32,000 bases of DNA. It comes from Nitrosomonadaceae bacterium (lineage in GTDB: Bacteria; Pseudomonadota; Gammaproteobacteria; Burkholderiales; Nitrosomonadaceae). This document shows, one piece after another, positions 1 through 9,680 of the stretch. A program made the position numbers and the translations under genes. How positions within the stretch are numbered: the first letter of the stretch is position 1; every line of letters starts with the position of its first letter. The notes beneath the pieces were generated by a model, which was not told the DNA's origin, did no database searches, and saw only the letters and a list, made by a program, of their open reading frames with translations. The stretch lies in NCBI GenBank assembly GCA_963663215.1, contig OY760140.1, positions 1,292,233-1,324,232 on the forward strand. The letters run 5' to 3'.

Positions 1-241
1 ACCTTGAGCAGCGTAAGCCAAACTTTTCTGATGCAGGGAAAGTATTCTTCTTTATGCCGTCATATACTGCAGTTGGTCGGTTTCCACATATGTCACATAC
101 GACGTTAATCGGCACCAATGCTTCATCTGGAAGGTCATTAAATTTCAGTGTTAGCGGGCGTCGCTGCCGTGATTTCTTGCCGCCAAGGGGATTGCTACGT
201 TCACCGGGTAACTCGGTATTCTGAAATATATGCTGTGACAT
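1..241 (-). CDS. AlpA/excisionase-like small HTH protein, N-terminal part only (runs off the left edge)
   Basis: Not in the ORF track because the window edge truncates it. Hand translation of the minus strand from ATG 241-239 (GGAGA 7 nt upstream) gives MSQHIFQNTELPGERSNPLGGKKSRQRRPLTLKFNDLPDEALVPINVVCDICGNRPTAVYDGIKKNTFPASEKFGLRCSR..., open to position 1. The pattern LP..L.....V.......T.Y..IK...FP...K.G.R matches what I recall for Phage_AlpA-type DNA-binding proteins. Its position just downstream of an integrase fits. Confidence 0.45.
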   Translation of the reverse strand, partial: MSQHIFQNTELPGERSNPLGGKKSRQRRPLTLKFNDLPDEALVPINVVCDICGNRPTAVYDGIKKNTFPASEKFGLRCSR

Positions 242-253
242 ACACAAGTCTCC

Positions 254-289
254 AAATTGAAAATGGAAAACCAGCACCTTGAGGTGCTG
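254..289 (-). terminator. Rho-independent terminator-like hairpin downstream of int
   Basis: Read on the minus strand: CAGCACC-tcaa-GGTGCTG (perfect 7-bp stem, + strand 272-289), followed by GTTTTCCATTTTCAATTT. On the + strand no T-tract follows the hairpin, so it is oriented for minus-strand transcripts. Confidence 0.45.
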
Positions 290-457
290 TGCTTGCGTAC
301 ATCCTTGACGGGCAGGGACTTCCTTGCCCCGGTCTGATACGTGTGGTTTCTTGCGGTACCTTGCTGGTTGGAACTATTTCCATGTAGATCCTCAACACAA
401 GGAGCTATCCGAACCACACTGCTATTTATGCATTAGTTTACGGTTTAATGCAAGTAT

Positions 458-1693
458 TTACGGAAGAATTTTAGTGTTTGCTCCTACATGTAGTGGTATC
501 ACTTCCGCGCCAGTCCTGAGTATGTCTAAATAGTCACTCCACGCTTGCATCATTTTGCACCGCTCAGATAAGTGGGTAGTTCGGTTATAAGCGCGCCCAT
601 TAGGATCACGCACTGCATGAGCTAATTGGTGTTCTATATAGTCAGGCCTAAATCCCAATACTTCATCTAAGATAGTCCTTGCCATCGCGCGAAAACCATG
701 TCCGCTCATTTCATCCTTAGCAAAACCCAAGCGTCGTAGCGCAGCATTTACTGTGTTGTCACTCATTGGTCGCTTGTCAGTTCTTATGCTGGGAAAAACG
801 TAACTACCATATCCAGTAAGTAGATGCAGTTCAAGCAGGATTTCTAGAGCTTGCTTTGATAGAGGTACAAGGTGGGAAGTGCCCATTTTCATACGACCGG
901 CCGGGATGTTCCACTCAGCTTTATCAAGATTAAATTCAGACCATTCCGCATTACGTAATTCACCAGGGCGAGTGAACACCATGGGGGACAATTGCAGCGC
1001 GCACTTGACTGTAAATGTACCGGTATAACCCTCGATGGCACGAAGCAATTCGCCCACCTGTTTTGGTTCTGTAATGGCCGCATGATGCGTAACAACAACA
1101 GGTTCCAGCGCTCCACGAAGATCGGCAGCAGAATTATGCTCGGCCCTACCCGTAATAACGCCATACTGAAATACCTTGCTGGACAACCTTAGTGCACTGT
1201 GTGCTAGTTGATTTGCGCCTCTGCGCTCAATTTTCTGGATCGTAGTTAATAGTTCTAGAGGCTTGATTTCTTTTAGCGGGCGTTTTCCCAACCAAGGTAA
1301 CAGATCATTGTTTAGTATTAGCTTAAGTTTTCTCTGCGTGGCCTCAGATTGCTTCCTGGATTGTTTCTCTAGCCACTCGATTGCAACTGACTGAAAGGTA
1401 GTTGCAGCATCTAGTCGTGCCTTATGAATTTCTTTTTTTCTGGAGGCTGATGGGTCTTCATTATTTGCAAGCAGTTTGCGTGCTTCGTCACGGCGCTCTC
1501 TTGCGTCTTTCAACCCTATGTTGGGGTAAGTTCCAAGAGAAATTAGTTTTTCCTTGCCCCCATAACGATACTTAAGTCGCCACCACTTACCCCCACTGGG
1601 GGAAATAAGTAGAAATAGCCCACTCCCATAAAATAGTTTCTGGGGCTTATTCGTGGGCTTTGCGTTGCGGATTCCAGTATTAGTTAGCGGCAT
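458..1693 (-). mobile_element. int: Site-specific tyrosine recombinase, P4-like integrase (coding region)
   Basis: ORF 458..1729. The N-terminus MPLTNTGIRNAKP...GGKWWRLKYRYGGKEKLISLGTYP is the DUF4102-type arm-binding domain typical of P4-family integrases. The catalytic core has FTRPGELR (Arg), HGFRAMART (HxxR) and GRAYNRTTHL (Tyr). I place the start at ATG 1693 (MPLTNT...) rather than the upstream track start. The ORF looks intact. Confidence 0.9.
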
Positions 1694-1696
1694 TCT

Positions 1697-1767
1697 TGGG
1701 GGTAACTCATTACGTAGCGTCAAAGACAATTACTAGTTACCCCCAATTTTACCCCAAGTTACCCCAG
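1697..1767. repeat. Four copies of TTACCCC(C)AA immediately upstream of the int start: three phased direct repeats and one inverted copy
   Basis: TTACCCCAA at 1738-1746 and 1749-1757, and TTACCCCAG at 1759-1767 (starts spaced 11 and 10 bp apart, about one helical turn). An inverted copy TTGGGGGTAA lies at 1697-1706, 4 bp from the int ATG. This is consistent with integrase arm-type or Xis/AlpA binding sites, or an int autoregulatory operator. Confidence 0.6.
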
Positions 1768-1917
1768 GATGTAAGAGGTTGTCAACGAATCGATACGAAT
1801 AACAGATGGTATCAATCTATTGTGTTATATAGTATTTTATTGCCATTACGGAAATCAACGAATACATTTGTGGTTCCTGGAACCAAAATCGAACCGGCAT
1901 GGGCAGATATGAATGTC

Positions 1918-2856
1918 CTATGCCCATCCACGCATCATGGCGATACCATGGCCACCATGTTCCCAGGCCGTAGTTAAATCTTCCAAGCGCAAGCCACCCA
2001 AAGCATAAACTGGAAGTGAAAAATCATGGATCAGTGCGGCGAATTTTCTCCAGCCCATCGGAGCAGCTCCTGGATGACTTAACGTTGGTAATACTGGCCC
2101 CAAAACTACAAAATCTATACCTAGTTGCTCAGCATGAAAAAGCTCCTCGGCATTGTGGCATGATGCCCCACACAAATTGATATTTGGACGGCTGGAAAGA
2201 CCCATCAGTTGTACTGAAGAGAAATGTACTCCGTCCATACCAATTTCTCTGGATAACTCGACATCGTTATTTACCAAAACTTGCGCACCGTGACGATGAG
2301 CAAGCCCAACTACTTTATGTGCAAATACCCGTAGCTCATCTTTTATCATTACTTGCTCACGTACCTGCACCAACCGTGAACCCTGCTGAAAGGAACTTTC
2401 AATCTGCGTTAATGAAACTTGTACACCCAGTTCAGCCGCATTAGTAATTATATAGACTGAGGGAAGATTAAGCGCCTGCAATACGGGTACATTAGCCGGT
2501 AACATTGGCGCAACTCCAAATTCACCCGTAAATTGCCAGAACAACTCCTGATTTTCGTATGCGCGCAACTCGCCATGCCACTTCACAAGCTTGTAGAAAT
2601 AAAGCCGCACAGTGGCATGGGCATAGGTAAAAACACGAGTGATCCACGGATAAGCAAGTTCAATGTGTATGCCTAGTTCTTCCATCAATTCACGATTGAG
2701 CGCATGCAAGCGGGATTCACCAAGTTCTACTTTCCCGCCAGGAAATTCCCAGTAACCCGCATAGGGCTTACCTTTAGGTCTACGGGCCAAAAGAAAACTA
2801 CCGTCAGATCTGGTTATAACTGCCGCGACCACTTCAATAACAGGGAGATGAGACAT
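1918..2856 (-). CDS. Nudix (MutT-like) hydrolase fused to a ThiE/TenI-like domain
   Basis: The N-terminal ~130 aa carry the Nudix box GGKVELGESRLHALNRELMEELGI. The C-terminal ~180 aa resemble a thiamine-phosphate synthase-type TIM barrel (DFVVLGPVLPTLSHPG...YALGG). This fusion is common in Betaproteobacteria. Confidence 0.85.
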   Translation of the reverse strand: MSHLPVIEVVAAVITRSDGSFLLARRPKGKPYAGYWEFPGGKVELGESRLHALNRELMEELGIHIELAYPWITRVFTYAHATVRLYFYKLVKWHGELRAYENQELFWQFTGEFGVAPMLPANVPVLQALNLPSVYIITNAAELGVQVSLTQIESSFQQGSRLVQVREQVMIKDELRVFAHKVVGLAHRHGAQVLVNNDVELSREIGMDGVHFSSVQLMGLSSRPNINLCGASCHNAEELFHAEQLGIDFVVLGPVLPTLSHPGAAPMGWRKFAALIHDFSLPVYALGGLRLEDLTTAWEHGGHGIAMMRGWA

Positions 2857-2908
2857 ACTGAGGTAGATTGACGAGCTAAAGATTTAGCCTCAAAAGGTAG
2901 CCAAAATA

Positions 2909-3068
2909 TTATTTATCACTTTGAATGAATCCGACATCGCCACGTTTGCGCCAGCGAAGAGCAATTGCAGTTTTCCAGTCGGTTAACCGGCTGTTCGATA
3001 GGCAGTAGCCTCTCGATGCTGGAAAGCAACTTATTGGTACAAACATATAATTTACTAATTTTATTCAT
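2909..3068 (-). pseudogene. Possible frameshifted, truncated remnant of a DUF815-family AAA ATPase gene (N-terminal ~50 codons only)
   Basis: On the minus strand, one frame from ATG 3068 reads MNKISKLYVCTNKLLSSIERLLPIEQPVN.... The +1 frame continues ...DWKTAIALRWRKRGDVGFIQSDK* with its stop at 2911-2909. Joined together, LLSSIERLLP...DW..A.A.RWRK.G..G.IQ resembles the N-terminus of DUF815 ATPases as I remember it. No Walker A region follows. This rests on memory, not a search. Confidence 0.3.
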
Positions 3069-3080
3069 ACGCTTAAAGAA

Positions 3081-4319
3081 TCAGCTTCGATAATCTGAAT
3101 TAATTTTTACATAATCGTATGAAAGATCGCAAGTCCACACCGTGGTGGAAATTTTCCCTCGGTTAAGCACAACCCGCACAGTAATTTCAGGCTGTCTCAT
3201 TACTCGCTTGCCTTCTTGTTCCTTATAACTACTTGCCCTTCCACCATTCTCAGCAACTAATACATCATCAAGATAGAGTTGCAAGGATCTGACATCAAGA
3301 TCATCTATTCCCGCGTAACCTACAGCTGCAAGTATTCGTCCCAAATTTGGGTCAGATGCAAAAAAAGCAGTTTTTACTAGAGGCGAATGGGCAATAGAAT
3401 ATGCAATCTTTACACATTCATCTAAGTCTCTCCCGCCTTCAACCTTAACCGTAACAAATTTGGTTGCACCTTCACCATCTCGTACAATAGCTTTTGCAAG
3501 TAGCATAGCTACCTCTGTCACCGCTTGTTGCAACACTCTGAACTCTGAACTCGCTTTATCCATGATTTCTACATTGCCTGCACGACCTGTCGCAATTAGA
3601 ATGAAAGCATCGTTGGTCGAAGTATCGCCATCCACGGTGATCCGATTGAATGAATTATTCGCTGCATAACGTACCATTTTCTGCAACAGGGACTGGCTCA
3701 AAGCTGCGTCAGTTGCCAGGTAACCTAGCATGGTAGCCATGTTGGGACGAATCATACCAGAGCCTTTAGCAACTCCAGTAATAGTCACGATTGTTCTGCC
3801 AAGTAAAATCTGCTTAGATATCACTTTGGGCACAAGATCTGTAGTCATTATTGCCTGAGCCGCAGCAAACCAATTGTTCGGATTAAGATTGGCAACTGCT
3901 GCTGGTAAGGCTGAAATAATTCTCTGCAGAGGTAATGGCTCCATAATGACACCAGTAGAAAATGGCAGCACCTGCTTCTCATCACAACCCAACAATTCAG
4001 CCAGTTCTGCACAAATTGAACGGGCATGTGTGATACCCTCTTCTCCGGTACCAGCATTAGCGTTTCCAGTATTTATAATTAGCGCTTGGATTGGAAGTAA
4101 GGGATTAGATTCGAAAAGATGTTCCTTAGCCACTATCACTGGCGCAGCACAAAAACGGTTCTGCGTAAATACTCCAGCGATTTTTGCATCTTCATCCAAC
4201 GTGATCAATAGCAAATCTTTACGATTGGGTTTCTTAACTCCCGCCTTGGCAATACCGAGAGATACACCATTTATTGGTGATAGTTGTTCGAGTAGTGTGG
4301 GCGAAAAATTTGCTGGCAT
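3081..4319 (-). CDS. argJ: Bifunctional glutamate N-acetyltransferase / amino-acid acetyltransferase (ornithine acetyltransferase)
   Basis: ORF 3081..4334 shows full-length ArgJ-like sequence, including the autoprocessing site [14 protein letters not shown]. The track start is TTG; I prefer ATG at 4319 (MPANFSP...), preceded by GAGGA. Confidence 0.93.
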   Translation of the reverse strand: MPANFSPTLLEQLSPINGVSLGIAKAGVKKPNRKDLLLITLDEDAKIAGVFTQNRFCAAPVIVAKEHLFESNPLLPIQALIINTGNANAGTGEEGITHARSICAELAELLGCDEKQVLPFSTGVIMEPLPLQRIISALPAAVANLNPNNWFAAAQAIMTTDLVPKVISKQILLGRTIVTITGVAKGSGMIRPNMATMLGYLATDAALSQSLLQKMVRYAANNSFNRITVDGDTSTNDAFILIATGRAGNVEIMDKASSEFRVLQQAVTEVAMLLAKAIVRDGEGATKFVTVKVEGGRDLDECVKIAYSIAHSPLVKTAFFASDPNLGRILAAVGYAGIDDLDVRSLQLYLDDVLVAENGGRASSYKEQEGKRVMRQPEITVRVVLNRGKISTTVWTCDLSYDYVKINSDYRS

Positions 4320-4462
4320 AATCCTCAGGTCCAAGAAATTGTGCTATCAGACACTCTATCCTAACTCATCTTTGATACTCTACCCATATCTACTAGATTC
4401 ATTGCGGGCGATGGCCTTATAATCTTTTGATTATTAGTATCGGTCTCTTGAGAAAAAGAAGC

Positions 4463-4690
4463 ATGAATTTCGACAAAGAACTTGATGTACGTGGCCTAAA
4501 CTGCCCGCTGCCTATTCTGCGCTCAAAGAAATCCCTGGCGGACATGGCTTCCGGACAAGTGCTTAGAATAATCGCCACCGACCCAGGTGCAGTTATTGAT
4601 TTCCAGGTTTTTTCTGACCAGACAGGCAATATTCTACTATCGCTGTCAGAGGCAAATAAAGAGTTCACATTCTACATAAAGAAAAAATAA
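4463..4690 (+). CDS. tusA: TusA/SirA-family sulfur-carrier protein
   Basis: LDVRGLNCPLPILRSKK carries the conserved Cys-Pro-x-Pro motif. The ~75-aa size fits if translation starts at MNFDKE (4463) inside track ORF 4427..4690. Confidence 0.8.
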   Translation: MNFDKELDVRGLNCPLPILRSKKSLADMASGQVLRIIATDPGAVIDFQVFSDQTGNILLSLSEANKEFTFYIKKK

Positions 4691-5074
4691 AATTCTTAGT
4701 ACGTAATACTCCTTATTGGTTTACAAACTCTAATCTGTAAAGAAACTAGTTATAAACATGCCATGAAAAGTTATTCAAAATTTGAGTACTGGTCGGCCAA
4801 CCAAATGTTTTCTGTGGTCACAGCTACTTCTCAAGTGTCTTTCTTGGTGATTTCTCAAAATCACTACTAAATTGGTATTAGCCTAATGTTTCGTTAATAA
4901 TGTAGATTAAAAGAAGGGTATGTGTCCATATGATATTTGTGTAAGTTTTCGGCAATAACTATAGACTTGAGTGTGAAAGCTTCTTAACACTATGCACTAG
5001 ATGAGAAATCCAACTTATTCTTAATTACATCACTTCAACGCTTTAAAGTTGCATAAAATATTAAAAACATTGGG

Positions 5075-6124
5075 TTATGCTAGCGGTAATTCTCCATTGC
5101 TAACTCCAATGTTCCCGACTTCCTTCATTGATTTAATGAAATGAGCACTCTCATGTAATTTAGCAACTGAATCTGCGTGATATCGGCCGCGCATACGTGC
5201 CAGACGGGCAAGACTAATAGCTGAGATGTCCCATTGCAGTTCAGCTAACAATTTATCTGCCGCATGAGGATTATTGCATACCAGCACCATATCGCAACCT
5301 GCATTAAATGAAACTTCAGCGCGTTGCACTACGCCACCGGCAACTGCAGCGCCTTCCATGCTTAGGTCATCACTAAAAATGCAACCATCAAAACCAAGTT
5401 CGGTACGTAAGACTTCTTGCAGCCAAACTTTTGAAAACCCAGCGGGTTGCGAATCTACCTTGGGGTATATGATATGTGCCGGCATAATACTGGTAAGGCC
5501 AAAATCAATCATTTGCCGAAACGGAATCAAATCATCCATTTCGATGTCGGCGTAAGTGCGCTTATCCACTGGTATTTCTATGTGAGAGTCTGCTTGGATG
5601 TAGCCGTGACCAGGAAAGTGTTTGCCAATCGCAACCATACCACCTTGCTTTAGGCCCAGCATCAGGCTGTGAGCTAGACCTCCTATAGCCTGTGGTTTAC
5701 GATGAAAAGCACGATTTCCAATGATGCTACTCTGTCCATGATCTATATCAAGCACTGGAGTAAAGCTTAGGTCTACACCACAAGCACGCAATTCAGCCGC
5801 TAGTACATAGCCTGTTAGTTGTGCCAAATGACGCGCTCGAACAGGATGTTCGTCCCAAATTATCCCCAATTCACGCATTGCAGGCAATCGTGTAAAATCT
5901 TTACGGAATCGCTGTATCCTTCCACCCTCATGGTCCACTGCGATTAGCAAAGACGGAGTACGTAGAGAATGAATTTCGGTAGTTAATTCAGTTAATTGTC
6001 TGAGGGATGAGTAGTTACGGGTGAATAAAATTACACCACCGGTCAGAGGATGCTGAAGTCTTCTTTTATCGTCGATTGTAAGTTGTGTACCCTCAATGTC
6101 GAGCATGATGGGACCCAGCGACAT
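5075..6124 (-). CDS. nagZ: Beta-N-acetylhexosaminidase (glycoside hydrolase family 3, peptidoglycan recycling)
   Basis: [21 protein letters not shown] and [11 protein letters not shown] motifs; 349 aa. The start ATG overlaps the acpS stop (TAATG). Confidence 0.9.
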   Translation of the reverse strand: MSLGPIMLDIEGTQLTIDDKRRLQHPLTGGVILFTRNYSSLRQLTELTTEIHSLRTPSLLIAVDHEGGRIQRFRKDFTRLPAMRELGIIWDEHPVRARHLAQLTGYVLAAELRACGVDLSFTPVLDIDHGQSSIIGNRAFHRKPQAIGGLAHSLMLGLKQGGMVAIGKHFPGHGYIQADSHIEIPVDKRTYADIEMDDLIPFRQMIDFGLTSIMPAHIIYPKVDSQPAGFSKVWLQEVLRTELGFDGCIFSDDLSMEGAAVAGGVVQRAEVSFNAGCDMVLVCNNPHAADKLLAELQWDISAISLARLARMRGRYHADSVAKLHESAHFIKSMKEVGNIGVSNGELPLA

Positions 6125-6501
6125 TATTTCTCCAGGATCACAAAAGCGCAGGCAAGGCTCATCTCGTCACTCATAGAAAGATGGTAACTAGTGATTCCCT
6201 CATTTCTAATCAACAGGTTTAGCTCTGGATGAAAGTCATAGTATGGCTTTCCCAGACTGTCATGGGTGATCCCAATATGACTTAAACATACAGGGTGACG
6301 AAAACCCGTACCCATCGCCTTGGAAAAAGCTTCCTTAGCAGCGAAATGTTTAGCTAGAAACATTGCTGGTTTGCCGCTATTCTCAAACTCAGGCCACTCG
6401 CCATTTGTTAGCAGTCTTTTAGCAAAACGCTTACCGTATCTCTCTAACAAACGCGCAATGCGCGAGGGTTCTACAAGATCAGTCCCTATTCCATAGATCA
6501 T
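6124..6501 (-). CDS. acpS: Holo-[acyl-carrier-protein] synthase
   Basis: [15 protein letters not shown]..., [10 protein letters not shown]; 125 aa. 4-nt overlap with pdxJ. Confidence 0.9.
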   Translation of the reverse strand: MIYGIGTDLVEPSRIARLLERYGKRFAKRLLTNGEWPEFENSGKPAMFLAKHFAAKEAFSKAMGTGFRHPVCLSHIGITHDSLGKPYYDFHPELNLLIRNEGITSYHLSMSDEMSLACAFVILEK

Positions 6502-7223
6502 TTGTGCTCTTCCAACATTAATTTTTTCATTTCTTGTACCGCCTGTTCAAAACCTATAAACAAGGCACGGGCTACAATAGAATGACCAATATTTAGCTCA
6601 GATATATCAGTAATCGCAGCGATGGATTGTACATTATTATAATGTAACCCATGTCCGGCATTGACTTTCAAACCTTGATTAACCCCATGCGTTACGGCAG
6701 AGGAGATCTGCTCAAGCTCCTCCTGTTGTCCCTTTGCAGTCAGCGCGTCTGAATATCGGCCGGTATGAATTTCAATCATTGGTGCACTTGTCTTCACCGC
6801 TGCATCAATCTGTGCACGGTCTGCGTTGACAAATAGTGAAACTCGAATACCTACTTCAGCCAGTTTGTTGCATGCACGTCTTACCTGTGCAAAATGCCGC
6901 AGCACATCTAGCCCACCTTCAGTTGTTAGTTCTTCTCGCCGCTCAGGAACTAAGCAAACATCATCCGGTTTTATACTTAACGCAAAAGTTATCATTTCAT
7001 CGGTCACCGCGCTTTCCAGATTCATGCGCGTTTTAAGCAAATTACGCAGAGTTTTTACATCGCTATCTTGAATGTGGCGTCGGTCTTCCCGTAAATGCAA
7101 AGTAATCGCATCTGCTCCAGCAGACTCTGCAATCAACGCAGCTTCTACTGGACTGGGATAAGTTGTTCCACGCACCTGCCGTAGAGTTGCAACATGATCA
7201 ATGTTGACTCCCAGTTCAATCAT
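6498..7223 (-). CDS. pdxJ: Pyridoxine 5'-phosphate synthase
   Basis: [36 protein letters not shown] and NAGHGL motifs; 241 aa. Confidence 0.95.
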   Translation of the reverse strand: MIELGVNIDHVATLRQVRGTTYPSPVEAALIAESAGADAITLHLREDRRHIQDSDVKTLRNLLKTRMNLESAVTDEMITFALSIKPDDVCLVPERREELTTEGGLDVLRHFAQVRRACNKLAEVGIRVSLFVNADRAQIDAAVKTSAPMIEIHTGRYSDALTAKGQQEELEQISSAVTHGVNQGLKVNAGHGLHYNNVQSIAAITDISELNIGHSIVARALFIGFEQAVQEMKKLMLEEHK

Positions 7224-7969
7224 AACTTCTGTAGATCTCTCAATAATTGCCGAGTATACAACGGTTGCTCTCCAAGATAATGGTTAAGTATGTAACGCAT
7301 CAGTATTTTACTTTGCTGTCTGGTAGTGACATCAGAATAATCACCTCTTTCCATGTCTAGAAGGGTTTTTCCGCTTAGTTGTAGACCACAGTTATTATCA
7401 CTTCCATTCAGTGCCACCGGGCCCCGTTCGACTTCGTAGCAGTATTCTTCATCCAGGTTCAGTGGCTTCCCAGAAACAGCGTCTTCGTTGAGTGTCAAAG
7501 CATAACCTAGCTCTTTCAACATACGCCTTTCAAAATGCCGCAGAATAGGTGTGTAATCTTTCTGAGTATTCAATGCTGCCAGCGTTTCTTGATAGTACTC
7601 GAATAATTGTTCGTGAGGATCATCACGGCGCAGTAACCGCACTAGCAGTTCATTCAAATAAAAACCACAAATCAGTGCCATTCCCTGCAAAGATTGTTGA
7701 CCACCCTGCCATTCCGCCTTGTGCAGAGTGCGTAATTCTGATTTACCGGTCCAAGAAAGCTGTAATGGCTGAAACGCTAATAATAATCCCCTGAGTGCAG
7801 ATTTAGGGCGCTTGGCACCTTTTGCTATCAACGGCACCCGTCCAGAATTTCGTGTAAAAGTCTCCACCAAGAGACTAGTTTCCAGATAGGGGTAAGTATG
7901 CAGCACAAAAGCAGGCTGAGCATCTTGTCGAAATTTATCTACAGTCATCAATGTCGCTTCTAAAATCAA
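7220..7969 (-). CDS. recO: DNA repair protein RecO
   Basis: 249 aa. N-terminal OB-fold-like [36 protein letters not shown]. Conserved era-recO-pdxJ-acpS context. Confidence 0.88.
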   Translation of the reverse strand: MILEATLMTVDKFRQDAQPAFVLHTYPYLETSLLVETFTRNSGRVPLIAKGAKRPKSALRGLLLAFQPLQLSWTGKSELRTLHKAEWQGGQQSLQGMALICGFYLNELLVRLLRRDDPHEQLFEYYQETLAALNTQKDYTPILRHFERRMLKELGYALTLNEDAVSGKPLNLDEEYCYEVERGPVALNGSDNNCGLQLSGKTLLDMERGDYSDVTTRQQSKILMRYILNHYLGEQPLYTRQLLRDLQKL

Positions 7970-7993
7970 CCTATGTTCATTATCATTATGAGA

Positions 7994-8887
7994 TTACTCA
8001 TAGCCCAGAGTTTTTAATGCCCGCAAATCATCAGCCCATCCTCTTTTCACCTTCACCCAGACTTTAAGATACACCTTGCTACCAAAAAGTTTCTCCATGT
8101 CTTTACGTGCCCGAGTAGCAACCGCCTTGAGCTCCTCACCATTCTTGCCTATAATCATGGCCTTCTGATTAGCCCTGTCTACAATAATAGACGCATGAAT
8201 CCTACGTAGTCCGCTTTCAACTGTGAATTGATCTATGGCAACACTAACGGAATAAGGTATTTCATCCCACATCAAACGAAATAATTTCTCACGTACCAAC
8301 TCGGCTGCGATAAATCGCTCACTACGATCTGTAATTTCATCTTCTCTAAATAAAAATGGGCTTTCCGGCAAATATGGACGGATTGTACAGATTAGTTCTG
8401 GAAGCTGTGTTCCGTGCTCAGCACTTATTGGAACCATTGCCGAGAATGCAAACTCTTTAGAAAGTTTTGCAAGGAACGGAAGAAGCTTTAATTTATCTGC
8501 TAAACGATCCACTTTATTGATGACCAGAATCACCGGCTTGTCGACAGGTAGGAGTTTCAAGATTTGTGCGTCTCGCTCATCAAAACATATTGCTTCAATC
8601 ACAAACACCACTACGTCCACATCATGCACACTTTGAGTAACTGCACGATTCATTACACTATTTAACCGATTCATGTGCTGCGTCTGAAAACCGGGCGTAT
8701 CGACAAAAATGAACTGTGATTGCTCATCAGTTAGGATGCCATTAATACGATGTCGGGTAGTCTGCGCCTTTTTCGAGGTAATGCTGACGTTCTGTCCAAC
8801 CAAATGGTTAAGTAGTGTGGATTTGCCAACATTAGGTCGTCCAATGATAGCAATGTATCCGGTATGGTGTTTTAGAGTAGCTATCAT
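7994..8887 (-). CDS. era: GTPase Era
   Basis: G1 [10 protein letters not shown]3 DTPG and G4 NKVD motifs, with a C-terminal KH domain. The track start (8899) is GTG. ATG at 8887 gives an N-terminus of the same length as E. coli Era. Confidence 0.95.
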   Translation of the reverse strand: MIATLKHHTGYIAIIGRPNVGKSTLLNHLVGQNVSITSKKAQTTRHRINGILTDEQSQFIFVDTPGFQTQHMNRLNSVMNRAVTQSVHDVDVVVFVIEAICFDERDAQILKLLPVDKPVILVINKVDRLADKLKLLPFLAKLSKEFAFSAMVPISAEHGTQLPELICTIRPYLPESPFLFREDEITDRSERFIAAELVREKLFRLMWDEIPYSVSVAIDQFTVESGLRRIHASIIVDRANQKAMIIGKNGEELKAVATRARKDMEKLFGSKVYLKVWVKVKRGWADDLRALKTLGYE

Positions 8888-8961
8888 CTTGAAATACACT
8901 CAGCGGAAAATAAAGAACTTATCCGAGTAGAATCAACAAAATTTGGACTCATCTGCAAATT

Positions 8962-9636
8962 TTAGCAATGCGAGTGCGCTTGTTCATAGGCTCGCTTTGC
9001 TGCTTCCTGCTCTGCGCTACGACGGCTGGCACCTTCTCCCATGGTACGAATGTTGAGTTTTGGGATAACACACTCCACGTGAAATTGCTGCTGATGCGCT
9101 TCGCCACTGGTAATGACAACGGAATATTGCGGCAACATCAGTTTACGACTTTGCAGATATTCCTGTAAAAGAGTCTTAGGATCTTTACCCAAATTTTGTG
9201 GGTCAAATTGATGAAGTAGCGGTGCAAAAAGAGTGATGACAACTTCCTCAGCTTTTACGAAACCTCCGTCAAGATAGACTGCACCTAGAAAAGCTTCCAG
9301 TGTATCTGCAAGAATCGAAGGGCGGCTACATCCACCACTTTTGAGTTCCCCTTCACCAAGTTTAATCTGTTTCCCTAGGTCAAGTGTTTGCGCCAATTTA
9401 AACAACGCTTGCTGATTGACGAGGTTGGCCCGAAGTCGCGACAAATCACCTTCTGGAAGACTGGAGAAATGCCTGAATACCAACCCTGCAACTGCACAGT
9501 TGATAACACTGTCTCCAAGAAATTCAAGGCGCTCGTTGTGTGGACGGCCGTAACTGCGGTGAGTCAGTGCCTGGCACAATAACTCAGGCTGGCTGAAACT
9601 ATAACCGGTTTTCTTGAAAAGCGTGTCGCTGTCCAT
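8962..9636 (-). CDS. rnc: Ribonuclease III
   Basis: RNase III signature [11 protein letters not shown] and a C-terminal dsRNA-binding domain; 224 aa. Confidence 0.95.
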   Translation of the reverse strand: MDSDTLFKKTGYSFSQPELLCQALTHRSYGRPHNERLEFLGDSVINCAVAGLVFRHFSSLPEGDLSRLRANLVNQQALFKLAQTLDLGKQIKLGEGELKSGGCSRPSILADTLEAFLGAVYLDGGFVKAEEVVITLFAPLLHQFDPQNLGKDPKTLLQEYLQSRKLMLPQYSVVITSGEAHQQQFHVECVIPKLNIRTMGEGASRRSAEQEAAKRAYEQAHSHC

Positions 9637-9680
9637 CTCCTGATTAGCTTATATGTAGTATATGTTTGATTGCTATGGCC

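Noticed and set aside
151-533. Track ORFs 151..417(-), 201..398(-) and 324..533(+) in the int/AlpA-like spacer.
   Set aside because: They overlap each other, have low-complexity composition atypical of real proteins, and lack an RBS. They cover a region better explained by RNA hairpins and by the differently framed AlpA-like ORF (1..241).
1871-1946. A tRNA-like 3' end on the minus strand: ...GCCGGTTCGATTTTGGTTCCAGGAACCA, resembling a T-arm (GGTTCGATT), acceptor stem and CCA. This is what one would expect next to a P4-type integrase.
   Set aside because: The putative T-stem needs three G-U pairs. No D-arm or 7-nt anticodon loop can be drawn; the only stem is ATGGGCA/TGCCCAT with a 15-nt loop. 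A 76-nt tRNA would overlap the last ~10 codons of the Nudix gene. The resemblance is largely produced by the palindrome GGTTCC-T-GGAACC. At most it is a decayed fragment; tRNAscan-SE or ARAGORN should confirm.
3874-4422. 182-aa ORF antisense to argJ.
   Set aside because: It lies almost entirely inside the well-supported argJ CDS on the opposite strand. Its Ser/Ala/Ile-rich sequence is typical of an antisense shadow frame, and I recognise no motif.
4763-4870. 35-aa ORF (MKSYSKFEYWSANQMFSVVTATSQVSFLVISQNHY) in the AT-rich tusA/nagZ spacer.
   Set aside because: No Shine-Dalgarno sequence and no recognisable motif. It is the length expected by chance.
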